A DNA stretch of 64,000 bases, taken from a virus (lineage: Duplodnaviria > Caudoviricetes). Within the stretch, counting starts at the first letter, position 1. Each line of letters starts with the position of its first letter. The notes under the pieces were generated by a model. The model did not search any database, was not told where the DNA came from, and was given only the letters and a program-made list of their open reading frames with translations. The position numbers and the translations under genes were made by a program. The stretch covers positions 1 to 64,000 of IMG/VR virus record IMGVR_UViG_3300011008_000040; one strand, 5' to 3'. This document shows positions 1 through 9,544 of this stretch, piece by piece.

Positions 1-870
1 ATTTGGGAGGGGGTGCAGTTTTTGAGCCCTCCCCCTACCTATCCCTGAACATCTCAAGGGTGGTAGGTCAATAGTTATATTCTGTTTATTTTCTGCTCAT
101 TACAAAAGTTGTAAATCGTACGTTTTAACACAAATCTAGAAAAATTTTTCTATTTTTTGTAAATGGGTAAACTTTTCTAGAATACCCATAACTTTTTATT
201 AGGTTGGCAAGCACGGCACGCCTTAAGAAGACGATACGCATAAACTATTTAGCTTATTGCCAAATGAAGTAAAGCCTTTTTAACACTTAAAGAAGTTTTC
301 TACAAAAGGGGAAACAATTCTTGAACAACCACACAGGGAATTCCAAAATTGTTTTTAAAAAGAAATTCTATAAATTGTTCGGGGTGTATCTTAAATGTTA
401 AACCCTCATTACAGTTTAGCCACATGAGCAAACCTTAATTCAAAGAATCACAAAACAATAGTTTCACTGACTTAAAACAAATCTTGCATAATACTATTGC
501 AGTAAAATGAAGAACCTATCTTGCGATGAAAACAAAAATTATTGATTGAACTTTCTTCTTGATTTCATAAATAGCAATGGGTATATTAGCAAATGTATAG
601 GGGCAAGGTTATCTACTTTTAATAGTGCCAACAAAACTACCAATTGTGAAATGCTAGCAAATCGAAGTTAATACTTTCTAATTAACAGATTTCTCGAATT
701 CATGAAAGGGGCATAATATTAATACATATAAGGGGGTGCCTTAAAAATGGTAATAGGTACCCTAGTATCCTAAAAATATAACGAAAAGCTCCAAATAATC
801 AAAGCCATATAAAGGGGGGGGGACAATACTCCGAAGTTACCTCCATAGGGTAGCAAAATATCGCAATACT
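1..870. other. AT-rich non-coding left region, probable genome terminus/cos-proximal DNA
   Basis: No ORF >=60 aa in the track; G-run/C-run hairpin at 5-35 (gggaggg...ccctccc), G8 run near 813; terminase at the opposite end of the window. Confidence 0.5.
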
Positions 871-872
871 TT

Positions 873-910
873 AGAGGGCTTATAATGGTGTTTCACACTA
901 TAAGCCCTCT
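873..910 (-). terminator. Hairpin closing the RNAP operon
   Basis: Perfect 12-bp inverted repeat agagggcttata/tataagccctct just downstream of ORF 936..1196. Confidence 0.65.
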
Positions 911-935
911 ATTACTTGGAGGAAAATATAACGGA

Positions 936-1196
936 TTATGGGTCTGGCACTTCTTTTGTCACTTTGACAAAACCGCCAACAACGTCATGCTTTAAAATAT
1001 CATCAATTGCTCTTTCTACTTCTCTTGCATTCTCTTCATAAGAGAGGGCATCTGAAGTGAAAACTCTATCGCCAAGTGCACTAAGAACACGCCCTCCGGT
1101 CAACACTTCATAACTGTACCATTCATCGAAGTTATTGAAATAATCGTTCGGGTTGTCTTTAGTAGTTAAAGCGCAAATCTTCAATTCAAATATCAC
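936..1196 (-). CDS. Hypothetical protein, 86 aa, coupled to RNAP gene
   Basis: ORF start overlaps RNAP stop (GTGA); acidic. Confidence 0.75.
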   Translation of the reverse strand: MIFELKICALTTKDNPNDYFNNFDEWYSYEVLTGGRVLSALGDRVFTSDALSYEENAREVERAIDDILKHDVVGGFVKVTKEVPDP

Positions 1197-4100
1197 CTCT
1201 CTTTCAGCAAGAAGTCTGAAACCGTTCCTACTGATAATCCCAAAATATCAGCAATCTCGTTCTGGTTATATCCACTTTCAGCCAAAGACTTAATTCTCTG
1301 TTCCTTAAACGGAGTAACTGTAGTTTTATAATCCCTGGGCATAGCTCTATCTCTAAGAGCATCGGTATCGGTATTGTTCAAAATATCACGGAGCATCTGA
1401 GTATGAATTGCACCAGCTTGAATAGCTTCCCATTCTTTATCGGTTATTTCAATTCGCTCTTTCTTTGCTCCATAACGAATCCTCTGCTCGGCTAACGCCT
1501 GAGCTTTGATTTTCTTTTCTTCATCTGCCGACATATTTGGATTATCTTGCTTTTTGGCTTTATAGATAATTGACGCTGAAATCTGAGCTTGTCTTTCTCT
1601 TGGAGCATTCTGCTTTGCAATCGTCAATTTATCCTTTAAAGAATCGACTTCCTTTTGATAGGCAACTCTTGCTGTCTTGTCATAAGGAATTGGCCTAGTA
1701 GAAATGCTTTCTTTTCTGGCACTATTTGCAAGTGCTTTAAGCTGATTCGCATAATTAGCATATGCAAGTTCTTTCGGATTACGGGCGTCAGAAACAAGGG
1801 TCATTGCGTCTTCAGTGTCCGCCATTTTGGAAGTAACTGTCTGACGCTTAGTTTCCTTTTCAGAATATCCCACTGGTTTAGAAGATACTTTTCTCTTCTT
1901 GCCAGTAGTTTCATCTAAAATATAACGGCCGTTCTCATCTTTCTCATACTCGTAAATAGGCTTATGATAAGTTTCGCCTGTTTGCCTATACACTTTCTCG
2001 CCAGTATTAACATCAACTCCGTTCTTAACAAGCTGAATCTTCTTACCATTCTCATCAAGAACAAAGTTTCCATCTTTGTCTTTCAAATATAACGTATACT
2101 GAGGCTTAACCTTATCAATTCGTTTCTCAGAACTTGCCCTCGAGATTAATGTCGCTGCACCACGATCAGGACCACCTTGATAAATGGCTTTCAATTCACG
2201 AATCCCATTATCAATTTCACTTTGGCGCCAATCATAGTGATGCTTTTCAGCATCGATAACAATCATCGAATGTTTAACAGCTCTCGCTATTTCATCGTTA
2301 GGAGCTCCGAGCAATGTCATATCAGTAATAAGATTAGAAACCTTACCCATTTCGGTCTGCTTGTGAAATCCATGAGCAGCATCAACAATATAACGAGGAT
2401 CGTTCTTGTCAGTAATCTCATACTTGCTAATTCCGGATTCACTGAATTCCTTAAGCTCTCTCAAATATGGCTCTGCTTTAATCTTAGTTCCGACGCCGCC
2501 TTTTGAAACCGGAATCACCATTACTGTGTCTCCGTCGAAGTCTGCTCCGGAAAGCTGTTCTGCTACTTTTGGGTTAATTCCAATAGCATCAGTTGCTTGA
2601 CCAAGACGATCCTTAGCAACTTTATGGCTATTATTAACTCTAAGTTCAGGAATCTCAAAAGTACCTGCATGAGGATACCGAATCAGAACAACCGTATCTC
2701 CAGTATTGTAATTAGGAGCATAGACTTCTTTCTCGCCTAATTCAGGAACCGGTAATATAACGTGAGATGCCTGTCTCGGTAACGAAGTAGCTTTTAAGTG
2801 AACAGCAGATGCGTCACAATCTTCAGCAAAACTATCGAGGAAATACTGTTTAATTACAGGATTGTTCAGCTGCAAAATATCACGATATTCATCAAGTTTA
2901 TTTGCATAAGACAGGTCAAGCTGCTTCTTTACCAAAGGAAGATTCTGTTTAGAAAGGAACTGCGAACTAAGAGTTCTACTCCAATCGCCCCAGTCTCCTT
3001 CAGAGTTAACAATATTGATTGTTGATAAATGCTCTTTGCCATCCTCACCAATATAGAAACGCTGACCACCTTTTTCCTCTGGCTTAATAGCTGCTCCAAA
3101 CGGATTATCACGATCGATTTCTCCGGTAGTCTGGTTTGTCTTAAGTTTCTTAAAGACATCGCCAGCTTCAGTTCCAACATGCTTATTCGTGTTAAATATA
3201 ACGTCAACACCTTCTGGCATGTCATCTGAATACATAGCCATACCTTTAAGATAATACTTGCCATCAACCATAACTCGAACCTGAGCATAGTTAGACTTGC
3301 CAAGAGAAATATCATCAACACCTCGACGGAGTTCAATTACTCCATCTTTGTCCTTACCGCCTTCTTCAGCATACCGAATCTTGACTCTACTTGAATCAAG
3401 ACTTTGCGGATAATATAACCCATACTTTGTACGCTCAAATCCAGGATGTTTTTCTTCAGCAACCTGAGAATAGACATCATAAGGCTCAAGAGTCTGAATA
3501 TCGTTAAGATTGTTATACACATCTTTACGAGATGTTCCAGGAGGAGCAATCACTCTAAGCTGTGTATACTTACCAGGATTTGTAGCCTGCTCAACCATAA
3601 TCTTGTTGATTACAGAATATCCCTCATCTTCAAGCTGTTTAAGCGCAGCATTCAATCTTACATCTGAAACACCAAGTGTTAATTCAACACCAGTACCTAC
3701 ATCGATGATGCCTTTTGAGTCGACCTGATCTTTCAAATATAACGCCATATTAGCAACGGTAGGCTTGCCAGATTTGTATTCCTGAGGTTTCAAATAATTT
3801 CTTACCGTTCCCTCAGAAACACCCATAATTTCTGCTATCTTTGTCTTTGTATAACCTTTGCCATACAAATCCATGGCTCGTTCACGATTCTCAGCAGTAA
3901 TCTTCTCTTTAGCATTCGTAATCTTAGAACGAAATTCGCCAGTTGACATATTCATGGAATAAGCAATTTCATTATCGCTCATTCCTTCTTTACGCATCCG
4001 GTTAACTTCGCTCATAAAATACGACTGATGCTGATACGGATTATCGCCAGAACCCCAAGGGTATCTGCCAGAATGCCGAGGCGTTCCATAATGAATGAGA

Positions 4101-4243
4101 TGATTTTTGAAATCCTCATCTATATTCGCTTCACGCAGCAAATCTTCAAACTCATCAGTGGTGAGTTCCATTTCATATGCTGCATGCATAATGGCTTCGA
4201 GCTCTTCTTTTTCAAAACTAGAATATAACGTATCGTTGCTCAT
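1193..4243 (-). CDS. Single-subunit DNA-directed RNA polymerase (double-psi beta-barrel, YonO-like) with three HTH repeats
   Basis: Catalytic QLSGADFDGDTV motif, RYPHAG motif, three sigma4-like HTH segments, acidic leader ending LIHYGTPRHSGRYPWG. Confidence 0.85.
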   Translation of the reverse strand: MSNDTLYSSFEKEELEAIMHAAYEMELTTDEFEDLLREANIDEDFKNHLIHYGTPRHSGRYPWGSGDNPYQHQSYFMSEVNRMRKEGMSDNEIAYSMNMSTGEFRSKITNAKEKITAENRERAMDLYGKGYTKTKIAEIMGVSEGTVRNYLKPQEYKSGKPTVANMALYLKDQVDSKGIIDVGTGVELTLGVSDVRLNAALKQLEDEGYSVINKIMVEQATNPGKYTQLRVIAPPGTSRKDVYNNLNDIQTLEPYDVYSQVAEEKHPGFERTKYGLYYPQSLDSSRVKIRYAEEGGKDKDGVIELRRGVDDISLGKSNYAQVRVMVDGKYYLKGMAMYSDDMPEGVDVIFNTNKHVGTEAGDVFKKLKTNQTTGEIDRDNPFGAAIKPEEKGGQRFYIGEDGKEHLSTINIVNSEGDWGDWSRTLSSQFLSKQNLPLVKKQLDLSYANKLDEYRDILQLNNPVIKQYFLDSFAEDCDASAVHLKATSLPRQASHVILPVPELGEKEVYAPNYNTGDTVVLIRYPHAGTFEIPELRVNNSHKVAKDRLGQATDAIGINPKVAEQLSGADFDGDTVMVIPVSKGGVGTKIKAEPYLRELKEFSESGISKYEITDKNDPRYIVDAAHGFHKQTEMGKVSNLITDMTLLGAPNDEIARAVKHSMIVIDAEKHHYDWRQSEIDNGIRELKAIYQGGPDRGAATLISRASSEKRIDKVKPQYTLYLKDKDGNFVLDENGKKIQLVKNGVDVNTGEKVYRQTGETYHKPIYEYEKDENGRYILDETTGKKRKVSSKPVGYSEKETKRQTVTSKMADTEDAMTLVSDARNPKELAYANYANQLKALANSARKESISTRPIPYDKTARVAYQKEVDSLKDKLTIAKQNAPRERQAQISASIIYKAKKQDNPNMSADEEKKIKAQALAEQRIRYGAKKERIEITDKEWEAIQAGAIHTQMLRDILNNTDTDALRDRAMPRDYKTTVTPFKEQRIKSLAESGYNQNEIADILGLSVGTVSDFLLKER

Positions 4244-4890
4244 TTGATCTTACCCTCAGCTTTCCATTTTTCAACCAGCTTATCGAGCTCGACCATTTGG
4301 TGCATAGCCGCTCTAATGCGCTCTGGTTCTGGCCTATCTTCAACAACTTCACTAGCCTGATAAATTCTTAAAATTGTTGTTATTGTTTCAGGTGCAGCTT
4401 TGTACTCTAAAAAGAACAATGCCGCATAAGACAGCAACTGGTCCATATGAACTGTAGACAGCCCTGTCTTCAAATCATTAATACGAAGCTCTTTATCCCT
4501 GAAACAAATAGTGTCCGTAGTTCCGAAACAGTTATCTGAATATTTCAACACAACTTCCGGGTCCATACGAAAACTTATCGAGTCATTAACATACGGTATT
4601 AAGTTATTGAAAATATAATCAATGTTAATAACTATTGGCGGAATTCCTGCTTTCAACAACCGAATCAGTAAATCGCTTCGGTTTGTCTTATGAAGTTTTT
4701 GATTGTACTGAATTCTCTCTTGGGCAAAGTCATGAACGATTGTCCCTATCTGTGTAGAGTACTGAGAAGCAAAGCGTCTAAATATAACGTCTTCATTCTC
4801 CCGCTCTAAACTGTAGTTAAGAAAAGAAGGATTGCTTGGGGCAAAAGTTGCATGCTTACCTCGGAGCTCTGAATGTTCGTTCCAGATCAT
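4240..4890 (-). CDS. Cas4-like/PD-(D/E)xK exonuclease (DUF2800-like)
   Basis: GTTDTICF...INDLKTG and QLLSYA motifs. Confidence 0.75.
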   Translation of the reverse strand: MIWNEHSELRGKHATFAPSNPSFLNYSLERENEDVIFRRFASQYSTQIGTIVHDFAQERIQYNQKLHKTNRSDLLIRLLKAGIPPIVINIDYIFNNLIPYVNDSISFRMDPEVVLKYSDNCFGTTDTICFRDKELRINDLKTGLSTVHMDQLLSYAALFFLEYKAAPETITTILRIYQASEVVEDRPEPERIRAAMHQMVELDKLVEKWKAEGKIK

Positions 4891-5152
4891 CTAATACCTC
4901 TTTCTTGTTCTCAGGACAAATATAACGTGCGAATGACATATTATTCATCCTTTCTACGTAATAGTCTTGATTTGGCTGGTGCTTTGATTTTGCAGTGCGT
5001 TTGCATTCGAGAGCCGCCCAGCGTCCTTCATAGAGAACAACAAGATCCGGAATCCCCTGAATATAAGATGCATCATTTTTCATTACGATACACCCTTCAA
5101 ATCTATTCTTCAGATCCTTAATCAACTTTGACTGAAACTGACTCTCTAACAT
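4856..5152 (-). CDS. VRR-NUC nuclease / Holliday junction resolvase-like
   Basis: MLESQFQ...GIPDLVVL...ALECKR...QPNQ; start reset to MLESQ. Confidence 0.8.
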   Translation of the reverse strand: MLESQFQSKLIKDLKNRFEGCIVMKNDASYIQGIPDLVVLYEGRWAALECKRTAKSKHQPNQDYYVERMNNMSFARYICPENKKEVLDDLERTFRAPR

Positions 5153-5220
5153 TTCTTTCTTCCTCTCATTGGCTGTCTCAAGCCATAAAAAATAGAAGGA
5201 GTGGATTTTCATCTTACCCC

Positions 5221-5248
5221 TTCTATTAAATACGTTGTTTTCCTTACG
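5221..5248 (-). promoter_or_regulatory. Phage promoter-like motif P1 (CGTAA-N4-WACA-N9-ATRRRA)
   Basis: cgtaa ggaa aaca acgtattta atagaa on - strand; same 28-bp spacing as 7 other copies. Confidence 0.55.
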
Positions 5249-5270
5249 AATCACGATAGTGATACAAATA

Positions 5271-5744
5271 TCACTTAAACTTTTGCAAGAAATCAAGAGA
5301 ACAATTAAGTGCCTGAGCAATAACAGCACATGAATATGCTGACGGAATTTTAGCGCCTCTAGTATAATAAGAAATAGCAGATTGCGAAATTCCTGTTAGT
5401 TCTGATAATTCTTTTTGCCCTATGCCTTTAACGTCCATAATCCAAATAAGTCTTCTTGAAAATTCCCTCCTCCATAATTCTTCTGTGTTGAACAGACCTT
5501 CCTCCTGAGTCATAAACCTTGCTGTATGCTCTAAAGCGTCATAATACACAAAAGACCCATCGTCTAAAGTAGCCTTATAATAATCAGTCTCAAGCTTCTC
5601 CCACTTAATTGTTCTTGCAGCATCAGTTCGATATAGCCAGTTAAATTGATCCCACACATAATCGTCATATGTCGCTGGAGTTGCTGAGTTCAGCTCTGAT
5701 ACAGTAATCTCCTTGCTTGTAACATTTTTATTCAATAATCCCAT
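5271..5744 (-). CDS. XRE-family HTH protein with N-terminal extension
   Basis: C-terminal GIGQKELSELTGISQSAISYYTRGAKIPS HTH_3 pattern. Confidence 0.8.
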   Translation of the reverse strand: MGLLNKNVTSKEITVSELNSATPATYDDYVWDQFNWLYRTDAARTIKWEKLETDYYKATLDDGSFVYYDALEHTARFMTQEEGLFNTEELWRREFSRRLIWIMDVKGIGQKELSELTGISQSAISYYTRGAKIPSAYSCAVIAQALNCSLDFLQKFK

Positions 5745-5765
5745 AAAATCTCCAAAATATAATTT

Positions 5766-6204
5766 TTGTCATACAATAATTCATTTCTGCCTAAATGTCT
5801 ACGCGAAATTCCAATCGGAGGCAAAAAAACGTAATTTTATCACTATAGTGTTATTTTTACATTTTTTTGACTACGATTGGAAAAACTCATAGACATTTAT
5901 CCAAAAACTTAATTATTGTCATACAATAATTCATTTTAGCCAAAAATAGGCCATTTTTAGCCCAAAATCGGCCATTTTTGACCATTTTTTCGGTATTTTT
6001 GATTTTTTGTCATACAATAATTCGACAGTTTTGGATAAATCCACCCTTTCAGGATTTATCCAAACGTAGACATTTAGCCAAAAACCGAATTATTGTCATA
6101 CAATAATTCATTTATTGTCATACAATAATTCCTCATTTCGAATTATTGTCATACAATAAATACCATTTTTAGGCACTTTTTCGATTTATTGTCATACAAT
6201 AATT
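5766..6204. repeat. Array of 7 palindromic repeats AATTATTGT-CAT-ACAATAATT plus a second motif TAGACATTTA(T/G)CCAAAAAC; candidate origin or centromere
   Basis: Copies at 5766, 5911, 6007, 6088, 6112, 6141, 6186; second motif at 5890, 6067 and inverted near 5790. Confidence 0.85.
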
Positions 6205-6461
6205 CAGAAAATATCACCATTTTCGAGTGACTCAGCGTACATTTTTAATGCGTTTTTGACTATTTCAGACTTGCTTTGTATGCCGGTAGAGCTAATTATC
6301 TTGTTCATATTCCTTGCATCTTCGAGTTTTAATCGTATGCAAAGCCGACCTACAGTGTTTTCAATCATGTTTCTTCTAGGTCTACCCCTATGTTTTTGGC
6401 TTTCCGTACAAATATCACTCCCTTTCTGGTAAAAAAGAAGTGCGGTGTATCGAACCAACAC
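6204..6461 (-). CDS. Ribbon-helix-helix (CopG/ParG-like) DNA-binding protein; start uncertain (may be 6368)
   Basis: RLCIRLKLEDARNMNKIISSTGIQSKSEIVKNALKMY RHH pattern; RGRPR AT-hook-like motif upstream. Confidence 0.6.
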   Translation of the reverse strand: MLVRYTALLFYQKGSDICTESQKHRGRPRRNMIENTVGRLCIRLKLEDARNMNKIISSTGIQSKSEIVKNALKMYAESLENGDIF

Positions 6462-6473
6462 TTCTTTATTGCC

Positions 6474-6665
6474 TCATCTTTCGTAAACCTTTCCATAAAG
6501 CCAATTAATAAACTTAACAGCTTCAGCTATTTGATCTGCGTATAACCCATTGCCCATACCATTTCTAAAATATAACTCATGAGCAATGACTGACAAATTT
6601 TGTATTACTCTATTTCTTGTTTTTTCAGGATCATCGATTTTAATAACTTCTTCTTTTACTACCAT
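6474..6665 (-). CDS. Hypothetical protein
   Basis: ORF in the - strand gene run. Confidence 0.65.
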   Translation of the reverse strand: MVVKEEVIKIDDPEKTRNRVIQNLSVIAHELYFRNGMGNGLYADQIAEAVKFINWLYGKVYER

Positions 6666-6691
6666 TGTCTACTTCTTTCTGCTACTATCTA

Positions 6692-6886
6692 CTATTTTAG
6701 AACAGCCAAAAATATCAACAGAAGCAAACAAGAAATCAAGCGAAGAGAATCCAGTACAGCTGTCTCGAACTCGGCGTCATAAATAAGCAACGCAAAATTC
6801 AATCCGGCGGCACACGCAAATATAACCATTGCAATGATTCTAATTACATTAAAAGCAATCAGCATTGTCGTCTCCGCTTTCTTCAT
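6692..6886 (-). CDS. Small membrane protein (2 TM)
   Basis: Two hydrophobic segments. Confidence 0.6.
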   Translation of the reverse strand: MKKAETTMLIAFNVIRIIAMVIFACAAGLNFALLIYDAEFETAVLDSLRLISCLLLLIFLAVLK

Positions 6887-7118
6887 TTAAATCTATAATC
6901 GCATCGATGAACCAATCCAATGAACCCTGAATAACAAGGGTCTTTTCTACTCCGCCATGCCCAAATATAACTCTTACCGATTCGTTGTCCTCGTCGGCTA
7001 CAATTCTTCTTATGTCTCGGCACGGAACGATACCCTTGAACTTTGGAAGTCTGAATTTCCAACATTCTCCAAGACCGGGAAGCCAGGTTATTAACTGTAT
7101 TCTCTTTTCAGTTTCCAT
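6849..7118 (-). CDS. Hypothetical protein
   Basis: ORF with RBS (aaggagaaag). Confidence 0.65.
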   Translation of the reverse strand: METEKRIQLITWLPGLGECWKFRLPKFKGIVPCRDIRRIVADEDNESVRVIFGHGGVEKTLVIQGSLDWFIDAIIDLNEESGDDNADCF

Positions 7119-7366
7119 TCTCTTTCTCCTTATTTATTCAAGTAACTGTTTAATTGACGCGTTTATTTCTTCCATTTTCTTCAGATATTCTTTACTCTCA
7201 TTAGTAAGGCTTTTCATTTTACTAAGGCACCATCCTCACATTTTAGCCATATGGAGTTTAGCAAAAATACGATACACCCTATGATACCGAGAGTATTTGA
7301 GATGGTTTCTGCTCATTTTGCAGTTATAGTAATCAAAATCTTTATTGAACTTATGCACCTGATCTA

Positions 7367-8599
7367 TCATGCCGTGTTCTCCTTTCTATACAATTTACTG
7401 AAATATCTGTTCTCATTGAAATTCTTCTTCTCTTTAATCGCTCGGTTTATTGCCAGATCAATCGGAGCCCTACTTCTTAAATGGTAATAATATAAATCTT
7501 TGAATGGAGTGTTCAATCTGTCTATTCGACCGGAAGCTTGAGCCATTACTTTATAGCTATAATTCTGTGAGAAAAATATAACTGTATCTGTTGTTATGCA
7601 ATTCCAACCCTCGCACGCTGATGTGTATTGGCAAAGATAACACCACTTCTCTCCATCCGGAATAGACTCATGCTTATGACCGTTCCATTCAGAAACTTTG
7701 AATCCATATGCAGCATCTCCAAGAGTCGTTTTTAAGATTTCCAGTTCATAGTCGAAGTTGTAAAATATAATTGCTTTTGGATGATCTTCCAAAATGTCCA
7801 ATAAGCTGCATACTCGATCCGGGTCGCTGTTTACAAGTCTTCTTAACACATAGCACAGTGCAGATGCATTTTCACACGGTTCTTCCTTCCATTGGTTCCA
7901 CCGATTTCTTCCAAGCTCTCGATACTTTCCTCTGTCATATTGACACCAAATATCAATGTGATGAGCCTCGGTTGGACGTTCAAATTCCATATCGACAAGA
8001 ACACGATCTCGGAAATGCTCAAGTTTTTTTGTTCCTAAATATCTGTCAACCTTCCAATAATTGCCCATTCTTCGGAGCTGTACATGCTCTCTCATGAATT
8101 CTGACCTGTTTTTATAGAATCCATTTGCAACAAACACCGGAATATAATCAGTCCATGTATCTCCCGGAGTAGCACTTAAAAGAATCCATTGGTTTGCTTT
8201 TGTGATCTTGATGAAAGCTTTAACCCATGCACCATTTCCGATAACCCGCTGCTCATCAAATATAAAGAATGCATCAGACACTCCAGAATATTTACTGATA
8301 TTATTCCATGAGTCAATTTTCACAGTTACGCCATTGTTGTCCCCAGCGCTTAAAAGAAATGACCCAAGTTCTTTGTCCCATTCGAAAGTGTCTCGCTTTC
8401 TGGCAGTGGTAATAATATAAAGGTCTTTTGGCATAGTCATTGGCTCAAATTTCGGTTTGATTCGACCTGCACAAACAAATACGTGGTAATAAGCCAATGC
8501 TGTGATCGACTTTCCGGAACCAACTCCTCCACATAAGATACATCCGTTGTGCATATGCTTAAGAGCTTCTCGTTGATGCTCATAAAGGTTAACAGACAT
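7367..8599 (-). CDS. SF2/SNF2-like helicase
   Basis: GGVGSGKS Walker A, FDEQR Walker B variant, LLSATP, EGWN, QASGRIDR; start reset to MSVNL. Confidence 0.88.
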   Translation of the reverse strand: MSVNLYEHQREALKHMHNGCILCGGVGSGKSITALAYYHVFVCAGRIKPKFEPMTMPKDLYIITTARKRDTFEWDKELGSFLLSAGDNNGVTVKIDSWNNISKYSGVSDAFFIFDEQRVIGNGAWVKAFIKITKANQWILLSATPGDTWTDYIPVFVANGFYKNRSEFMREHVQLRRMGNYWKVDRYLGTKKLEHFRDRVLVDMEFERPTEAHHIDIWCQYDRGKYRELGRNRWNQWKEEPCENASALCYVLRRLVNSDPDRVCSLLDILEDHPKAIIFYNFDYELEILKTTLGDAAYGFKVSEWNGHKHESIPDGEKWCYLCQYTSACEGWNCITTDTVIFFSQNYSYKVMAQASGRIDRLNTPFKDLYYYHLRSRAPIDLAINRAIKEKKNFNENRYFSKLYRKENTA

Positions 8600-8628
8600 T
8601 TTTACACCTGCCAAATACAATTATTAAA

Positions 8629-8665
8629 AAATGAATAGCAGTTGTATTTTTACTGCTATTCATTT
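8629..8665 (-). terminator. 14-bp stem hairpin
   Basis: aaatgaatagcagt / actgctattcattt. Confidence 0.65.
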
Positions 8666-8668
8666 GGC

Positions 8669-8851
8669 CTAGAGTTTCTTACTTTCTTTATACAATTTCC
8701 AAACTTTCATTGAAAATATAAGTCCGCAATGAACTATTTCTATAAACTTATGAATGTCAGACCAATATGTGTCTGCTGTTCTTTCCATATTAGTTAATAG
8801 TTCATCAACAATTTTGCCTCCGTGCTTGGAAATATAATCAGAATGGCTCAT
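8669..8851 (-). CDS. Small hypothetical protein under promoter P2
   Basis: RBS aggaggtg then ATG (MSHSDY); bracketed by P2 and a hairpin. Confidence 0.7.
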   Translation of the reverse strand: MSHSDYISKHGGKIVDELLTNMERTADTYWSDIHKFIEIVHCGLIFSMKVWKLYKESKKL

Positions 8852-8861
8852 TTGCCTCACC

Positions 8862-8889
8862 TCCTATATTAGGAGCTGTAAAACTTACG
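8862..8889 (-). promoter_or_regulatory. Phage promoter-like motif P2
   Basis: cgtaa gttt taca gctcctaat atagga. Confidence 0.6.
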
Positions 8890-8898
8890 ACTAATAAT

Positions 8899-9168
8899 CT
8901 ACCTAGAAAAATTCGTTATCACTCTTCCGTTCGCACAATAAAATCCGCCAACGTGGTGCACGCAATTCTGATGACAATAATATAGATTAGGAGCTTTCCA
9001 ATCAGACACTTTATCTCCAAATTCACATTCATTACAGCACACTATTGTCTTGCTCGGAATGGCACAAATATCATTAACTACTTTTTCACTATTTGTTTCA
9101 ATGTATCCGAACACAGTTAATGAATCGATGTAGTTCAAAACATCTTGTCTTTTTATATACTCGTTCAT
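8899..9168 (-). CDS. Small Cys-rich protein (YIKRxD family)
   Basis: MNEYIKRQDV...IPS...CNECEF...FYCANG; paralog of 25136..25399. Confidence 0.7.
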   Translation of the reverse strand: MNEYIKRQDVLNYIDSLTVFGYIETNSEKVVNDICAIPSKTIVCCNECEFGDKVSDWKAPNLYYCHQNCVHHVGGFYCANGRVITNFSR

Positions 9169-9215
9169 TCAGATTTCCTTCTCTTTAACTACAAAAAAAG
9201 AAATGGGAGCTGTAT

Positions 9216-9500
9216 TTAGCTCTCCACTTCTTTTCTAATGATGTAATAATGATCTGTGATCTTATACCCATATTGATCGATATAGATAAGAGTCCAGCTA
9301 TCTCCAGACCTCCAATCCTCGGCAATATCACGTTCAGAGCAGAGACCGTCATTACGAGTATCGTGGGCTCTCTTAAACCCATCAAGAATTCGTCCGACTC
9401 TCTCCCGCTCAAAATAAACGCCAATAACCTGAATTGATTTGTCCGAATAATCTGGTGCCTTTATCGTGGTCATTTTCATAAGAATATAAACTTCGTTCAT
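9216..9500 (-). CDS. Hypothetical protein
   Basis: ORF with RBS ggaggtg. Confidence 0.7.
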   Translation of the reverse strand: MNEVYILMKMTTIKAPDYSDKSIQVIGVYFERERVGRILDGFKRAHDTRNDGLCSERDIAEDWRSGDSWTLIYIDQYGYKITDHYYIIRKEVES

Positions 9501-9544
9501 TTATTTCACCTCCATTTTAAGAGGTGTATAAATTACGATTTAGG

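Noticed and set aside
1655-4228. Short + strand ORFs over the RNAP gene (and similar ones genome-wide)
   Set aside because: Antisense to well-supported genes, with no RBS or recognisable motifs
5766-6204. CRISPR array
   Set aside because: Repeats are about 21 bp with gaps of about 3-130 bp, spacers are themselves repetitive, and no cas operon is present (the Cas4-like gene is a common stand-alone phage nuclease)
6425-6470. T-loop-like GGTTCGATA inside a hairpin on the - strand
   Set aside because: No T-stem or D-arm; better explained as an intrinsic terminator (AGAAGTG/CACTTCT plus U-tract)
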